A stretch of DNA of 32,000 nt from Desulfocapsa sulfexigens DSM 10523 (GCF_000341395.1 NC_020304.1:2670001-2702000); one strand, 5' to 3'. Positions 8,384 to 18,321 are shown, numbered from the stretch's first letter. The notes: a model not told the origin generated them from the sequence alone. Numbers and translations: made by a program.

Positions 8384-9973
8384 ATGGATACTCTTGCGTC
8401 AAATATTGCTGTTGTTGGGTCAGGTTACTGGGGTAAAAATTTAGTACGTAATTTTAATACCCTTGAAGCGCTGCATACCATTTGTGATACAAACAAAACG
8501 ACCCTGACACGTTTTGAAGAGCAGTACCCTGGTATAAATACAGCGACTGCATACAGCCAGATTTTGACGAATCCTGAGATACAGGGGGTTGCTATCGCAA
8601 CTCCTGCAGAGACTCATGCCACCCTTGCAACGGAAGCACTACTGGCTGGAAAAGATGTTTATATAGAAAAACCGCTCTGTCTCTCTGAAAAGGAAGGTGC
8701 TGAATTAAATGCACTTGCCAAAAGACAGAACTGTGTACTTATGGTCGGACATTTACTCTGGTACCATCCGGTTGTTCTCAAACTTAAAGAACTTGTCGAT
8801 GCCGGGGAACTTGGTCGTATCCAGTATATATATTCAAATCGATTGAATCTTGGGAAACTGCGTAGAGAGGAAAATGTACTCTGGTCATTTGCTCCCCATG
8901 ATATTTCTGTCATCCTGGGGCTGACCGGGGAAATGCCTGAATCCATCCGTGCTCAGGGTGGGAATTATCTCCACCGACAAATTGCTGACACCACTATGAC
9001 GTTGATGAATTTCTCAAGTGGCATCAAGGCTCATATCTTCGTCTCCTGGCTTCATCCTTTTAAGGAACAGAAGCTTGTTGTTGTTGGTGAAAAGCAGATG
9101 GCTGTTTTTGATGATGTTGCGCCATGGGATGACAAATTGCTGCTGTATCCACACTCTATAAAGTGGAGTGATAACATCCCCGTTGCCAATAAGGCAGAGG
9201 CTGTCAAAGTTACGGTTAAACAGGATGAACCCCTTAAGGCAGAATGTGCTCATTTTCTGGATTGTATAAAAAACAGAAGCAAACCACGCACAGACGGTGA
9301 GGAAGGGTTAAGAGTTTTAAAGGTACTTAATCGGTGTCAGGAGTCCCTGGAAAATGAACAAAAAGTCCAGGTAACCAGCCACAGTAATCAGGCGGATTTC
9401 TTTTGCCATGAGAGTGCTGTCGTCGATTCCGGTGTGGATATCGGTTCAAATTCTAAAATATGGCATTTCAGTCATATCCTCTCTGGTTCAAAGATCGGTT
9501 GTAGCTGCAATATTGGTCAGAATGTTGTGGTAGGGCCTAACGTGACCATCGGGGACAGATGTAAAATCCAGAACAATGTCTCTGTGTATGAAGGCGTGAG
9601 CATTGGAGATGAGGTTTTTTGTGGTCCCAGTATGGTATTTACAAATGTGATGAATCCCCGTGCTGCAATCTCCAGGAAGGATGAGTATTGTGACACTGTT
9701 GTTCGAAGGGGGGTGACTTTTGGGGCGAATTGTACCATTGTCGGCGGTATTGAGATTGCTGAATATGCCTTTATTGGTGCCGGAGCAGTTGTGGTGAAGA
9801 GTGTTCCCGCTTTTGCCCTGATGGTTGGTAATCCTGCACGACAGATTGGCTGGATGAGTAAATATGGAAAAAAAATGGACTTACCACTTACTGGTCACGC
9901 TGATTTTACATGTCCTTTTACCGGGGAAAAATACACTCTGCGGGATGATTGTGTTACGGTGGTGCCGGAATAG
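8384..9973 (+). CDS. Fusion: Gfo/Idh/MocA NAD-dependent oxidoreductase (WbpB-like) + left-handed beta-helix N-acetyltransferase (WbpD-like)
   Basis: 529 aa; N-terminus IAVVGSGYWGKNLVRNFN...YIEKPLCLSEKEG...LLWYHPVV; C-terminus hexapeptide repeats IGSNSKIWHFSHILSGSKIGCSCNIGQNVVVGPNVTIGDRCKIQNNVSVYEGVSIGDEVFCGPSMVFTNVMNPRA...VGNPARQIGWMSKYG. Confidence 0.88.
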   Translation: MDTLASNIAVVGSGYWGKNLVRNFNTLEALHTICDTNKTTLTRFEEQYPGINTATAYSQILTNPEIQGVAIATPAETHATLATEALLAGKDVYIEKPLCLSEKEGAELNALAKRQNCVLMVGHLLWYHPVVLKLKELVDAGELGRIQYIYSNRLNLGKLRREENVLWSFAPHDISVILGLTGEMPESIRAQGGNYLHRQIADTTMTLMNFSSGIKAHIFVSWLHPFKEQKLVVVGEKQMAVFDDVAPWDDKLLLYPHSIKWSDNIPVANKAEAVKVTVKQDEPLKAECAHFLDCIKNRSKPRTDGEEGLRVLKVLNRCQESLENEQKVQVTSHSNQADFFCHESAVVDSGVDIGSNSKIWHFSHILSGSKIGCSCNIGQNVVVGPNVTIGDRCKIQNNVSVYEGVSIGDEVFCGPSMVFTNVMNPRAAISRKDEYCDTVVRRGVTFGANCTIVGGIEIAEYAFIGAGAVVVKSVPAFALMVGNPARQIGWMSKYGKKMDLPLTGHADFTCPFTGEKYTLRDDCVTVVPE

Positions 9974-10062
9974 AAATAAGAGTTGTGGTGATCAGCAACC
10001 GGGTTCCATATTGTGAGGGGATTGCCTGGAACAAACTTAACGTAGAAGTGGTAAAGGCCTGA

Positions 10063-10863
10063 ATGGGTACAATCAGTCTTTTTTTGAAATCAATAATCAA
10101 ACAACGGCGTCTCATACTCTCAATGGCCAAACGGGAGGTGAAGTCGCAGTATGTTGGTTCCACTCTTGGACTGGTGTGGACTTTTATTCATCCTCTGGTA
10201 TTGATTTTTGTCTTCTGGGTTGTTTTCAGCGTGGGATTTAAGGCTGTTCCTGCCAGTAATGTCCCTTTTGTTGTCTGGCTGACAGCGGGGATGACATGCT
10301 GGTTTGCATTTTCTGATATGATATCAGGATCAACCAATATTGTTGTCGGAAATAGTAATTTAATCAAAAAAACAGTTTTTCCTGCCCAGATACTTCCCGT
10401 TGTTAAAATAACCTCTTCCCTTGTTGCCCATAGTATTTTTGTTCTTATCCTGATGGGACTGATACTTTTACAAAGGTTGCCTTTCAGTATCTTTTATTTT
10501 CAATCACTCTATTATCTGTTCTGTATGCTGGTACTGGTGCTCGGACTTTCCTGGTTATTTTCGTCATTGAATGTCTTTGTTCGGGATATCAACCAGGCCG
10601 TTGCCCTTGCCCTGCAGGTTGGGTTCTGGGGCACTCCTATCTTCTGGGATATTAATATTATGCCGCAGAAGATACAGTCCGTGCTCAAACTGAATCCGAT
10701 GTTTTATATTGTTCAGGGGTATAGGGATTCTTTCCTTAATTTTATACCTTTTTGGGATCATCCTATTTTAACGCTTTATTTCTGGGTGGTTGCTTTGTCT
10801 ATCTTTATACTTGGGGCTGTTGTGTTTCGTCGTTTACAGCCGCAGTTTTCAGATGTCCTGTGA
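10063..10863 (+). CDS. wzm: ABC-2 type polysaccharide export permease (Wzm-like)
   Basis: 266 aa; REVKSQYVGSTLGLVWTFIHPLVLIFVFWVVFS...WFAFSDMISGSTNIVVGNSNLIKKTVFP; typical ABC2 O-antigen/teichoic exporter permease, followed by the ATPase gene. Confidence 0.92.
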   Translation: MGTISLFLKSIIKQRRLILSMAKREVKSQYVGSTLGLVWTFIHPLVLIFVFWVVFSVGFKAVPASNVPFVVWLTAGMTCWFAFSDMISGSTNIVVGNSNLIKKTVFPAQILPVVKITSSLVAHSIFVLILMGLILLQRLPFSIFYFQSLYYLFCMLVLVLGLSWLFSSLNVFVRDINQAVALALQVGFWGTPIFWDINIMPQKIQSVLKLNPMFYIVQGYRDSFLNFIPFWDHPILTLYFWVVALSIFILGAVVFRRLQPQFSDVL

Positions 10864-10869
10864 AAGCTT

Positions 10870-12159
10870 ATGAATAGAGAAATTTCAATTGATGCCCATG
10901 AACTGACGAAGACCTATTATCTGTATGACCGGCCTATTGATCGTGTAAAGGAGACCTTTCATCCCTGGCGTAAGATTTATCATCGTCCTTTTGATGCCGT
11001 TAAAGGGTTGAGTTTTACTATTCACAAGGGTGAGTCGTTTGGTATAATTGGTCGCAATGGCAGTGGAAAATCCACATTGTTGCAGATGATATGCGGAATT
11101 CTTCAGCCCACAAGCGGTTACGTAACTGTTAATGGCAGGGTTGCTGCTTTACTGGAATTAGGAGCAGGATTTAATCCTGAGTTTTCGGGACGTGAAAATG
11201 TTTATTTAAATGGCGCCATTTTAGGGTTTTCCACAGCAGAAATTGACGATCTCTATGATGAAATTGTTGGTTTTGCTGATATAGGAGATTTTGTTGACCA
11301 GCCCGTGAAAACCTATTCCAGCGGAATGTATGTCCGTTTGGCCTTTGCTGTGCAGGCATGCGTTGAGCCGGAGATTCTTGTTGTCGACGAAGCCCTGAGT
11401 GTGGGGGATGTTTTCTTTCAGCAAAAATGCCTTGGCAGGATGCGACAGCTCAGGGAGAACGGTACCACACTGCTTTTTGTCTCCCATGACATGGGCATTG
11501 TCCGTGAGCTTTGTGAAAGTTCCGTTTATCTGCATAAGGGGCGGCTTGCGTACTGTGGGCCCAGCCATAAGGCAGTGCAGAAGTATTATAATATGGATCA
11601 CCGTCAGGTCTCTGGTTCTTCAGGAAGTGAAAATGGTGGCGCACCTGTCGCCTCTTCACTCACGGGGAATGAAATATGGAAACAGGACATATCTCAATCT
11701 CAGGATGGTGCTGATGCGGAAATACTTTCAGTGAGCATGGAGGATAAAGATGGCTTTCCATCCATGAAGGCAACCATTGGTGAACAGATCTCATTTACAT
11801 TGTACTATCGGGTAAATAAAAGTGGCCCTATTCATGCTTCGGTTTCTATTAAAAACAGGTTTGACAACCTGATCAGCTGTAACGGAACCTATATCAACAA
11901 TCTTGAACCACAGACTTTAGCCGAAGGAGCTGTAGGGAAAATTGTTTTTAAAGTTCAATGTGACATGGAGGCTGGCCCTTATACTCTCCATTTTAGCTTG
12001 TCTTCCCCAGGGGATCGCCCTAACAGGGCCGCAACAGTTGATGAAACCCCATGGCTTGGTCCTCTTTCCATAGAGTGGGATTATGAGAATCATAAGGCTC
12101 CTTTTCTGGGGATGTTCAACCTGCCTGTTTTCTGCTCATTTGGCGAGGATACGAAGTAA
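10870..12159 (+). CDS. wzt: ABC transporter ATP-binding protein with C-terminal Wzt-like carbohydrate-binding domain
   Basis: 429 aa; GIIGRNGSGKSTLLQMICGIL (Walker A), YSSGMYVRLAFAVQ signature, EPEILVVDEALSVGD Walker B; about 180-aa C-terminal beta-rich extension (GPIHASVSIKNRFDNLISCNG... AGPYTLHFSLSS). Confidence 0.92.
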   Translation: MNREISIDAHELTKTYYLYDRPIDRVKETFHPWRKIYHRPFDAVKGLSFTIHKGESFGIIGRNGSGKSTLLQMICGILQPTSGYVTVNGRVAALLELGAGFNPEFSGRENVYLNGAILGFSTAEIDDLYDEIVGFADIGDFVDQPVKTYSSGMYVRLAFAVQACVEPEILVVDEALSVGDVFFQQKCLGRMRQLRENGTTLLFVSHDMGIVRELCESSVYLHKGRLAYCGPSHKAVQKYYNMDHRQVSGSSGSENGGAPVASSLTGNEIWKQDISQSQDGADAEILSVSMEDKDGFPSMKATIGEQISFTLYYRVNKSGPIHASVSIKNRFDNLISCNGTYINNLEPQTLAEGAVGKIVFKVQCDMEAGPYTLHFSLSSPGDRPNRAATVDETPWLGPLSIEWDYENHKAPFLGMFNLPVFCSFGEDTK

Positions 12160-12222
12160 TGAGTGATACAGCTTTTGTTGAGTTTTTTGAAAAATTTTCT
12201 TCGATGTTGAGACTGTAATAAA

Positions 12223-13185
12223 ATGGACAGTGCTATCCGCGCCTTTAAATTGAATCTGGAAAAACTAAACTGGTTACCAGGAATTTCCTATCTGCGATCA
12301 AAAGCATTCTTGACTCCCAGACTGGGTAAGCTTCATCTCTATTCCCCGCGTCCTCTCTACATACCAGATTTTTATCGGCAGACTCCTGCGAACCATGAGA
12401 ACTGTCTTTCCATTTCAATTGTTACCCCTTCCTTTAAAAGTGGCTGTTATATCGAAGACACCATAAAAAGCATCTTGAAACAGATGTATCCCGGGTTGGA
12501 ATATATCATTCAGGATGGTGGTTCGGATGATGAAACAGTTTCAATTATAAAAAAATATGAAAAAAATTTGAAGGCATGGGAATCCAAGCCAGATAAAGGA
12601 CAGTCACATGCAATAAATCTCGGTTTTGATAAGACAAAAGGCGATGTCATGGCCTGGCTCAACGCTGATGATCTGTTGTTGCCCGGTACTCTGGATTATG
12701 TGAATAATTATTTTCAAAAGCATCCCCAAGTTGATGTTGTCTATGGGCACCGGGTACTCATCGATTCAGAGAACAATGAGATTGGTCGCTGGATCCTTCC
12801 TCCCCATTGTCATCATACCATTACCTGGCATGATTTTATTCCTCAGGAGACCCTGTTTTGGCGGAGAAGTATCTGGGAAAAGGCAGGTGGACGAATTGCA
12901 GATGAAATGCAATTTGCTATGGACTGGGAATTTATTCTGAGACTCAGAGATGTCGGAGCGACCTTTGCCCGTTTGCCCAGATTTACAGGTGCCTTTCGTG
13001 TTCATCCAGACATGAAAAGCATTAAAGACGTCGACATAACAGGCGTGCGTGAAATGGATATGCTGAGAAAACGATACCGGGATCCTTATGTTAGTGATGA
13101 CCAGCTTGAGCATTACATTCGATCCTACCTGCGTAGGCATCTGCTTCTTGATAGATTGTACAAAATTAAAGTTCTCCGGTATTGA
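12223..13185 (+). CDS. Glycosyltransferase family 2
   Basis: 320 aa; SIVTPSFKSGCYIEDTIKSILKQMYPGLEYIIQDGGSDDETV...DVMAWLNADDLLLPG; GT-A fold with an NADD metal-binding site. Confidence 0.9.
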   Translation: MDSAIRAFKLNLEKLNWLPGISYLRSKAFLTPRLGKLHLYSPRPLYIPDFYRQTPANHENCLSISIVTPSFKSGCYIEDTIKSILKQMYPGLEYIIQDGGSDDETVSIIKKYEKNLKAWESKPDKGQSHAINLGFDKTKGDVMAWLNADDLLLPGTLDYVNNYFQKHPQVDVVYGHRVLIDSENNEIGRWILPPHCHHTITWHDFIPQETLFWRRSIWEKAGGRIADEMQFAMDWEFILRLRDVGATFARLPRFTGAFRVHPDMKSIKDVDITGVREMDMLRKRYRDPYVSDDQLEHYIRSYLRRHLLLDRLYKIKVLRY

Positions 13186-13269
13186 CTTCTTTTCATTGCT
13201 GGTTCATTAGGGAAAAAGACAATGCTCAGTAAGGTTCATGTGGGCAGGCAGGCGTGATCATAGGTTGTT

Positions 13270-16245
13270 ATGAATAAAATTCATCTCTCTCCAAAAGTAT
13301 TTGCAGGATTTTCTCTTCTGTTATTCTGTCTTGTGTGGCTGTTTGTTGCGCCTTTCTTTCAAAAAGCTCAATTAAGCGTAAGTCTTGAAACGGAAAGCGA
13401 TGAATTGATCCAGGTTTTTTGGAATACGAATAATGTTTTTGGCAATGAGCGTGGGTATTTTGAAGAGCAATCTGCCGTAAGACGGTTAAGGGCAGGACGT
13501 ACAGAATACAAATTTACCTTGCCTAGTCTTAAGGGTATTGAATCACTACGCATTGATCCAGCAACTACAGCCACTTCGTTTACCCTCTATTCCATTAGCA
13601 TTTCTCAAGCCGGTTTTGATCCCATTGTTATTGAGACGGAGGAGACAGCAAAGGACCAGTTGGAACTTCATGGCACAGGGTTTAAAGCAATATCCGGGAA
13701 TGGTATTGGTTTTGGATCTTTTACTGAAGACCCTCAACTCATACTCAAGATACGGCCCGTCTTTAGCTATTTTAAATATGTTGTCGATAAAAAGAATGAA
13801 TACTCAGCCTTTGTATCTCAACGAATGGATCTTTTAGGCCTGGATTGGTCTGGCTTCTTTTTCCTTGGTATCGATATTTTACTTCTTCTGAGTATCAGTG
13901 CCACTATACTCACTCTTTTGGGATTAAGAGAAAAAAACAGTACAGAAGTTTGTGTTCTTCTAGGGTTAACAGGACTTGGGGTAATCGTTCTTTCTGTGAC
14001 TTTTTTAGGGATGGCCTATCTGCTTAACTGGAAAAATATACTGTTTGGACATTTAGGATTGTGGGGATTGATTCACATTGCCGTCGCAAGGGGTTCTGAC
14101 CAGATGTTTTTCACTGCGGCAGTAAGGAATTTTAAGCAGATTTATGGAGGAATTCTCCTTTCGGTACGAAAAACCCTCTTTCCTGCTGAATGGAAAAGAG
14201 TTTCTCTCAGCAGTGCAATACTTTTGGTTCTGATCGTATTTTTGTTGGTGTATTATATTATCCCCGCAGCCTTCACCCTGCCCCTGAATTTTGATTCCAA
14301 CGATTATCGCCTCTCCCGAATTGGCTATTGGCTCCAAGAAGCAAATATCTGGCAATTTCCAAGCAATGACATCAGAGAAATTATAATGCCAGTAAATTGT
14401 GATCTGGCCATGTTGTGGATAACCTCTTTTTTCAAAAAGGGGTATCCACTGGTTCATCTCATGTCTTATTTTGGCGGGTTTCTGGTTTGTTGTTCTGTTT
14501 ATGCTATCTGCAGGGCATTGGATTTCTCAAAGAACTATAGCCTTATAGCTGTTTTGATCTGGCTTGGTATCCCCAATAGTGCCAGTCAGATGCTTACATC
14601 GCAGACCGACTTGTTTACCACCGGTTGTCTGATGGCTGGACTGTACTGTTTTTATCAGGCCATCAGACATAAAAAATATTCTTATTATGTATATGCTGGA
14701 ATAGGTATAGGTCTATCAGTCGGGGCAAAAAGTACAGTGTTTTTGTGGGGACCGGGATTGCTGTTTCTCTGTCTTGCCATTATTGCAGGCAGGTTAAAGG
14801 TCTTACAGTGGAAGGTCTTTGGAAAAGGAATACTGTTGTTGGTGGCTTGTACTGTTTTGTCAGGAGGTTTTGTCTATGGACAAAATGCTATCCGTTTTCA
14901 TAATTTCTTAGGGCCGAGTGAGGTTGTTGAGTCAATCGATGTCAGTCGTGACCCGGTTGTGAAAAAAGCCGGGGTGGGACAGAAAAGACATACAATGAGT
15001 AAAGTGTCTTTTGTTTACTTGAAAGCTCAGTCCTATTTGTGGCAGATTTTCGAGCCCAGTTCCAATTTAACAGTAATACGACCACTGACGGACAAGGCCT
15101 TTGATTTACTTGAGCAATCCATTTATAAGACGAATAAAACGCTCAAAGCTTCTTTTGTGTCGATGTTCAGGGCTGCTGCATCCTGGCTCCGCTCAAGCCA
15201 GCTTAGTGAAGACTATGTCTCCTTTGGATTTGTAGCTTTCTCTCTACTGCTTCTTGGTGGAAGCCTTGCTCTTTTCAGGTCATTTCTAGTAAGGGATACT
15301 CAATCGATTGCTGTCACCATCATTTTCATTTCTATTCTTCTCTATATGATGTTTTTTTGCTGGATTGTGGGGTGGACTGTTCATAGATACCGATATGCCG
15401 TTCTGGTGACACCATTCATTGCGATAACAGTGGTGTACTTTTTGTCTACCTGTTCAGCTACAAATATAAAATCTCTCCGTTATTTTACGGTCACCTTAAC
15501 CTGTGCTGTTGTTCTTTATCAGGTGATGATGGCTTTGAATGTTGCAAGTAATAGCAGGTCTCATGGTTGGTTCGCTTTTCGTTTTCCTCATAAAGTACAT
15601 AGCTATGTCTTTTATTGGCGTGATGCCAGGCATCTCACAGATAAGCTACCGGAGAAAGTTCATCGTTTGGGACTGGTTTTGGCAAAGGGTGCCTGGAAAT
15701 CAATGTTCTATCGGACAGGGAGAAATATCTCATCATACACTATTCCGGTACAAGGAGATATTCACGCAAGTCATACTTTTTTAGAAAGCAGAAATGTTGA
15801 CGCTTTAATTGCAAGGAACCTATCTTCAATAAGTGTAGAGGATAGCTTTAACCTCCTGCCGTCTTTGACGAATACTTATCAGGCGCTTATTCCTGTGAAA
15901 AAAAATGCAGAGCGCTCGGCATGGATTATTCCAAATGGCTCGTGGAGTGACGGATGGGTTAAATTGCGTGGGGCGGTCAGAGTTGGCAACTGGAAAAGTA
16001 ATATCCTTTCTTTGGAAATTTGTAATCCGGCTCCTGTTGATGAGAAGATACTTTTCAGATCATCCGTTAAGGAGTATGAGATACTCGTCACCAGAAATAG
16101 TGAGTGTGAAAAAGTTGATATTTCTGTTAATGCTAATGACTATATAAGTTGGCATGTCGATCCAGGTTATCACCCTTGGAAAAACCCAGGTACAAGAGAG
16201 GTTCGATCCCTAGGGGTAAAAATTAAATTCCCAAAACCTGAGTGA
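13270..16245 (+). CDS. Large polytopic membrane protein, probable GT-C type glycosyltransferase with an N-terminal extracytoplasmic beta-rich domain
   Basis: 991 aa; N-terminal TM, soluble segment (LIQVFWNTNNVFGNERGYFEEQSAVRRLRAGRTEYKFTLPSLKGIESLRIDP), then many TMs; LNFDSNDYRLSRIGYWLQEANIWQFPSND in the first big loop resembles GT-C loops with acidic catalytic residues. Confidence 0.65.
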   Translation: MNKIHLSPKVFAGFSLLLFCLVWLFVAPFFQKAQLSVSLETESDELIQVFWNTNNVFGNERGYFEEQSAVRRLRAGRTEYKFTLPSLKGIESLRIDPATTATSFTLYSISISQAGFDPIVIETEETAKDQLELHGTGFKAISGNGIGFGSFTEDPQLILKIRPVFSYFKYVVDKKNEYSAFVSQRMDLLGLDWSGFFFLGIDILLLLSISATILTLLGLREKNSTEVCVLLGLTGLGVIVLSVTFLGMAYLLNWKNILFGHLGLWGLIHIAVARGSDQMFFTAAVRNFKQIYGGILLSVRKTLFPAEWKRVSLSSAILLVLIVFLLVYYIIPAAFTLPLNFDSNDYRLSRIGYWLQEANIWQFPSNDIREIIMPVNCDLAMLWITSFFKKGYPLVHLMSYFGGFLVCCSVYAICRALDFSKNYSLIAVLIWLGIPNSASQMLTSQTDLFTTGCLMAGLYCFYQAIRHKKYSYYVYAGIGIGLSVGAKSTVFLWGPGLLFLCLAIIAGRLKVLQWKVFGKGILLLVACTVLSGGFVYGQNAIRFHNFLGPSEVVESIDVSRDPVVKKAGVGQKRHTMSKVSFVYLKAQSYLWQIFEPSSNLTVIRPLTDKAFDLLEQSIYKTNKTLKASFVSMFRAAASWLRSSQLSEDYVSFGFVAFSLLLLGGSLALFRSFLVRDTQSIAVTIIFISILLYMMFFCWIVGWTVHRYRYAVLVTPFIAITVVYFLSTCSATNIKSLRYFTVTLTCAVVLYQVMMALNVASNSRSHGWFAFRFPHKVHSYVFYWRDARHLTDKLPEKVHRLGLVLAKGAWKSMFYRTGRNISSYTIPVQGDIHASHTFLESRNVDALIARNLSSISVEDSFNLLPSLTNTYQALIPVKKNAERSAWIIPNGSWSDGWVKLRGAVRVGNWKSNILSLEICNPAPVDEKILFRSSVKEYEILVTRNSECEKVDISVNANDYISWHVDPGYHPWKNPGTREVRSLGVKIKFPKPE

Positions 16246-16257
16246 GTTTCGTAGATT

Positions 16258-17211
16258 ATGAGTGAAAAAAAGGAAAATACTCATCGGATAAAATTGATTA
16301 TCCAAATTCCATGTTTTAATGAGGAAGAAACCTTGCCTATTGTTCTCGGGGAATTACCGAGAGAATTGCCAGGAGTCGATATCGTTGAGTGGTTGGTTAT
16401 TGATGATGGAAGTACAGATAGGACGGTTGAAGTTGCGAGAGCACATGGTGTTGATCACATCGTTTCTCATCCACAAAATAAGGGGCTGGCAACAGCTTTT
16501 ACCACGGGACTGAAGGCATCTCTAAAAAATGGTGCGGATATTATCGTAAACACTGATGCAGATAATCAGTATAAAAGTAGTTATATTAAGGACTTGATCC
16601 AGCCAATACTTGATAATAAAGCGGAGTTTGTAGTTGGGGCTCGTCCAATCAATAAAATTGAAGGTTTCTCAAGGATAAAAAAAATTCTTCAACGACTGGG
16701 AAGCTGGACTGTGCGAATGGCTTCTGGAACTGATATCCCCGATGCGCCCAGTGGCTTTCGCGCTATTTCTCGAAATGCCGCCCAAAAACTAAATATTTTC
16801 AGCGGATATACGTATACCCTGGAGACGATAATTCAGGCGGGGAAAAAAGGAATTGCAATGTCCTGGGTTCCCGTAGAAACGAATGAGGAGCTACGACCGT
16901 CCAGACTATTAAGTAGTATTCCGTCTTATATTTTTCATTCGATGTGCACTATTATCCGGATTTTTATAGTGTATCGTCCGTTTCGCTTTTTTGCGTCAAT
17001 TGGTGTTGTTTTTTCCACTCTGGGAACAGGTCTCTTGTTACGCTTTCTCTATTTCTATTTTACGGGGAATGGTTCTGGCCACGTTCAGTCAGTGGTTATT
17101 GCTGGTATCTTGTTAGGTATAGGTTTTCATACAATACTAATCGCCTTTGTTGCCGATCTCATCAGTGTTAACAGGCGACTACTTGAGCAAATAAGAGCTT
17201 CTATTCAATGA
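16258..17211 (+). CDS. Polyprenyl-phosphate glycosyltransferase (GT2, DPM1/GtrB-like) with C-terminal TM helices
   Basis: 317 aa; IPCFNEEETLPIVLGELPRELPGVDIVEWLVIDDGSTDRTVEVARAHGVDHIV...NTDADNQY...DAPSGFRAISR; two hydrophobic C-terminal helices. Confidence 0.88.
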   Translation: MSEKKENTHRIKLIIQIPCFNEEETLPIVLGELPRELPGVDIVEWLVIDDGSTDRTVEVARAHGVDHIVSHPQNKGLATAFTTGLKASLKNGADIIVNTDADNQYKSSYIKDLIQPILDNKAEFVVGARPINKIEGFSRIKKILQRLGSWTVRMASGTDIPDAPSGFRAISRNAAQKLNIFSGYTYTLETIIQAGKKGIAMSWVPVETNEELRPSRLLSSIPSYIFHSMCTIIRIFIVYRPFRFFASIGVVFSTLGTGLLLRFLYFYFTGNGSGHVQSVVIAGILLGIGFHTILIAFVADLISVNRRLLEQIRASIQ

Positions 17212-17274
17212 TCCCATGGTGCTTACAAGTACCCTGTGATATTGATTCTTTTCACTTAATGGTTTGTTGCATTT

Positions 17275-18321
17275 ATGAATATTCTCGTTGATCTCTATCA
17301 TCCTGCACATTTGCATCTTTTTCGAAATGCAATGAAAAAACTTGAAGAACAGGGGCATACCGTAATCTGGGTAACCCGGGATAAAGATATTACGGTTCAG
17401 TTGCTGAATGAATACAAATTACCATATAAAATCCTGACAAAGGCTAAAAAAGGCCTGTGGAACATGTTTTGGGAGTTGGTGGTCCATGATTGTAAGGTTT
17501 GGTACGAGGCTGTTAGAAATGACGTTGATTTGATGGTTGGTACGTCGGTAAGTATTACCCATGCAGCCCTTTTCTGTAAGGCAAAAAGCTGGGTTTTTGA
17601 AGAAGATGATGCCAAGCAGGCAAAACTCATGACATATCTGTCCTATCCCTTTGCATCCAAAATCATTACTCCTGATTTTCTTGCTCATGAGAAACACGGA
17701 AAAAAACACGTCACCTATCCCAGTTACCACGAATTGGCTTATCTGCATCCGAATAATTTTCAGTCTAACCCAGAGATTCTTGAGGAATTGGGTTTAAAGG
17801 AAGGTGATAAATATTTTATCATGCGTTTTGTTTCTTTGAATGCAAGTCATGATTTTGGGGTGAAGGGACTTTCACTGGAAGCTAAGAAGACCTTGCTTAA
17901 CAAACTCCTTCAACATGGGAAAGTATTTATAACTTCTGAGGCGGAATTGGATAAAGAGTTTGAGCCATACCGCCTGCGTATGCCCCCTCATAAAATTCAT
18001 GATTTGCTTGCATATAGTACCCTTTGCATCGGCGACAGTCAGACTATGGCTATTGAAGCTGCGGTTTTAGGTGTACCAGCTCTTCGCTGTAATTCTTTTG
18101 TGGGAGAGTTGAGTCTATTGAAGGAGCTCGATGATATCTATGGTTTGACATTTGGGTATAGACCGGAGCACGGGGAAGAACTCCTCGCAAAAATAGATGA
18201 ATTACTGGCTGAAGATGATTTGAAGGGGCTATGGCAGAAGAAACTGCAACGTTTTTTTAGTGATAAAATTGATATGACAGAGTGGCTTCTCAAATACATT
18301 GATAGTGAAATGAAAAAGTAG
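17275..18321 (+). CDS. DUF354-family protein (GT-B-like fold, related in architecture to UDP-GlcNAc 2-epimerases)
   Basis: 348 aa; MNILVDLYHPAHLHLFRNAMKKLEEQGHTVIWVTRDKD...DLMVGTSVSITHAALFCKAKSWVFEEDD...STLCIGDSQTMAIEAAVLGVPALRCNSF. Confidence 0.75.
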   Translation: MNILVDLYHPAHLHLFRNAMKKLEEQGHTVIWVTRDKDITVQLLNEYKLPYKILTKAKKGLWNMFWELVVHDCKVWYEAVRNDVDLMVGTSVSITHAALFCKAKSWVFEEDDAKQAKLMTYLSYPFASKIITPDFLAHEKHGKKHVTYPSYHELAYLHPNNFQSNPEILEELGLKEGDKYFIMRFVSLNASHDFGVKGLSLEAKKTLLNKLLQHGKVFITSEAELDKEFEPYRLRMPPHKIHDLLAYSTLCIGDSQTMAIEAAVLGVPALRCNSFVGELSLLKELDDIYGLTFGYRPEHGEELLAKIDELLAEDDLKGLWQKKLQRFFSDKIDMTEWLLKYIDSEMKK

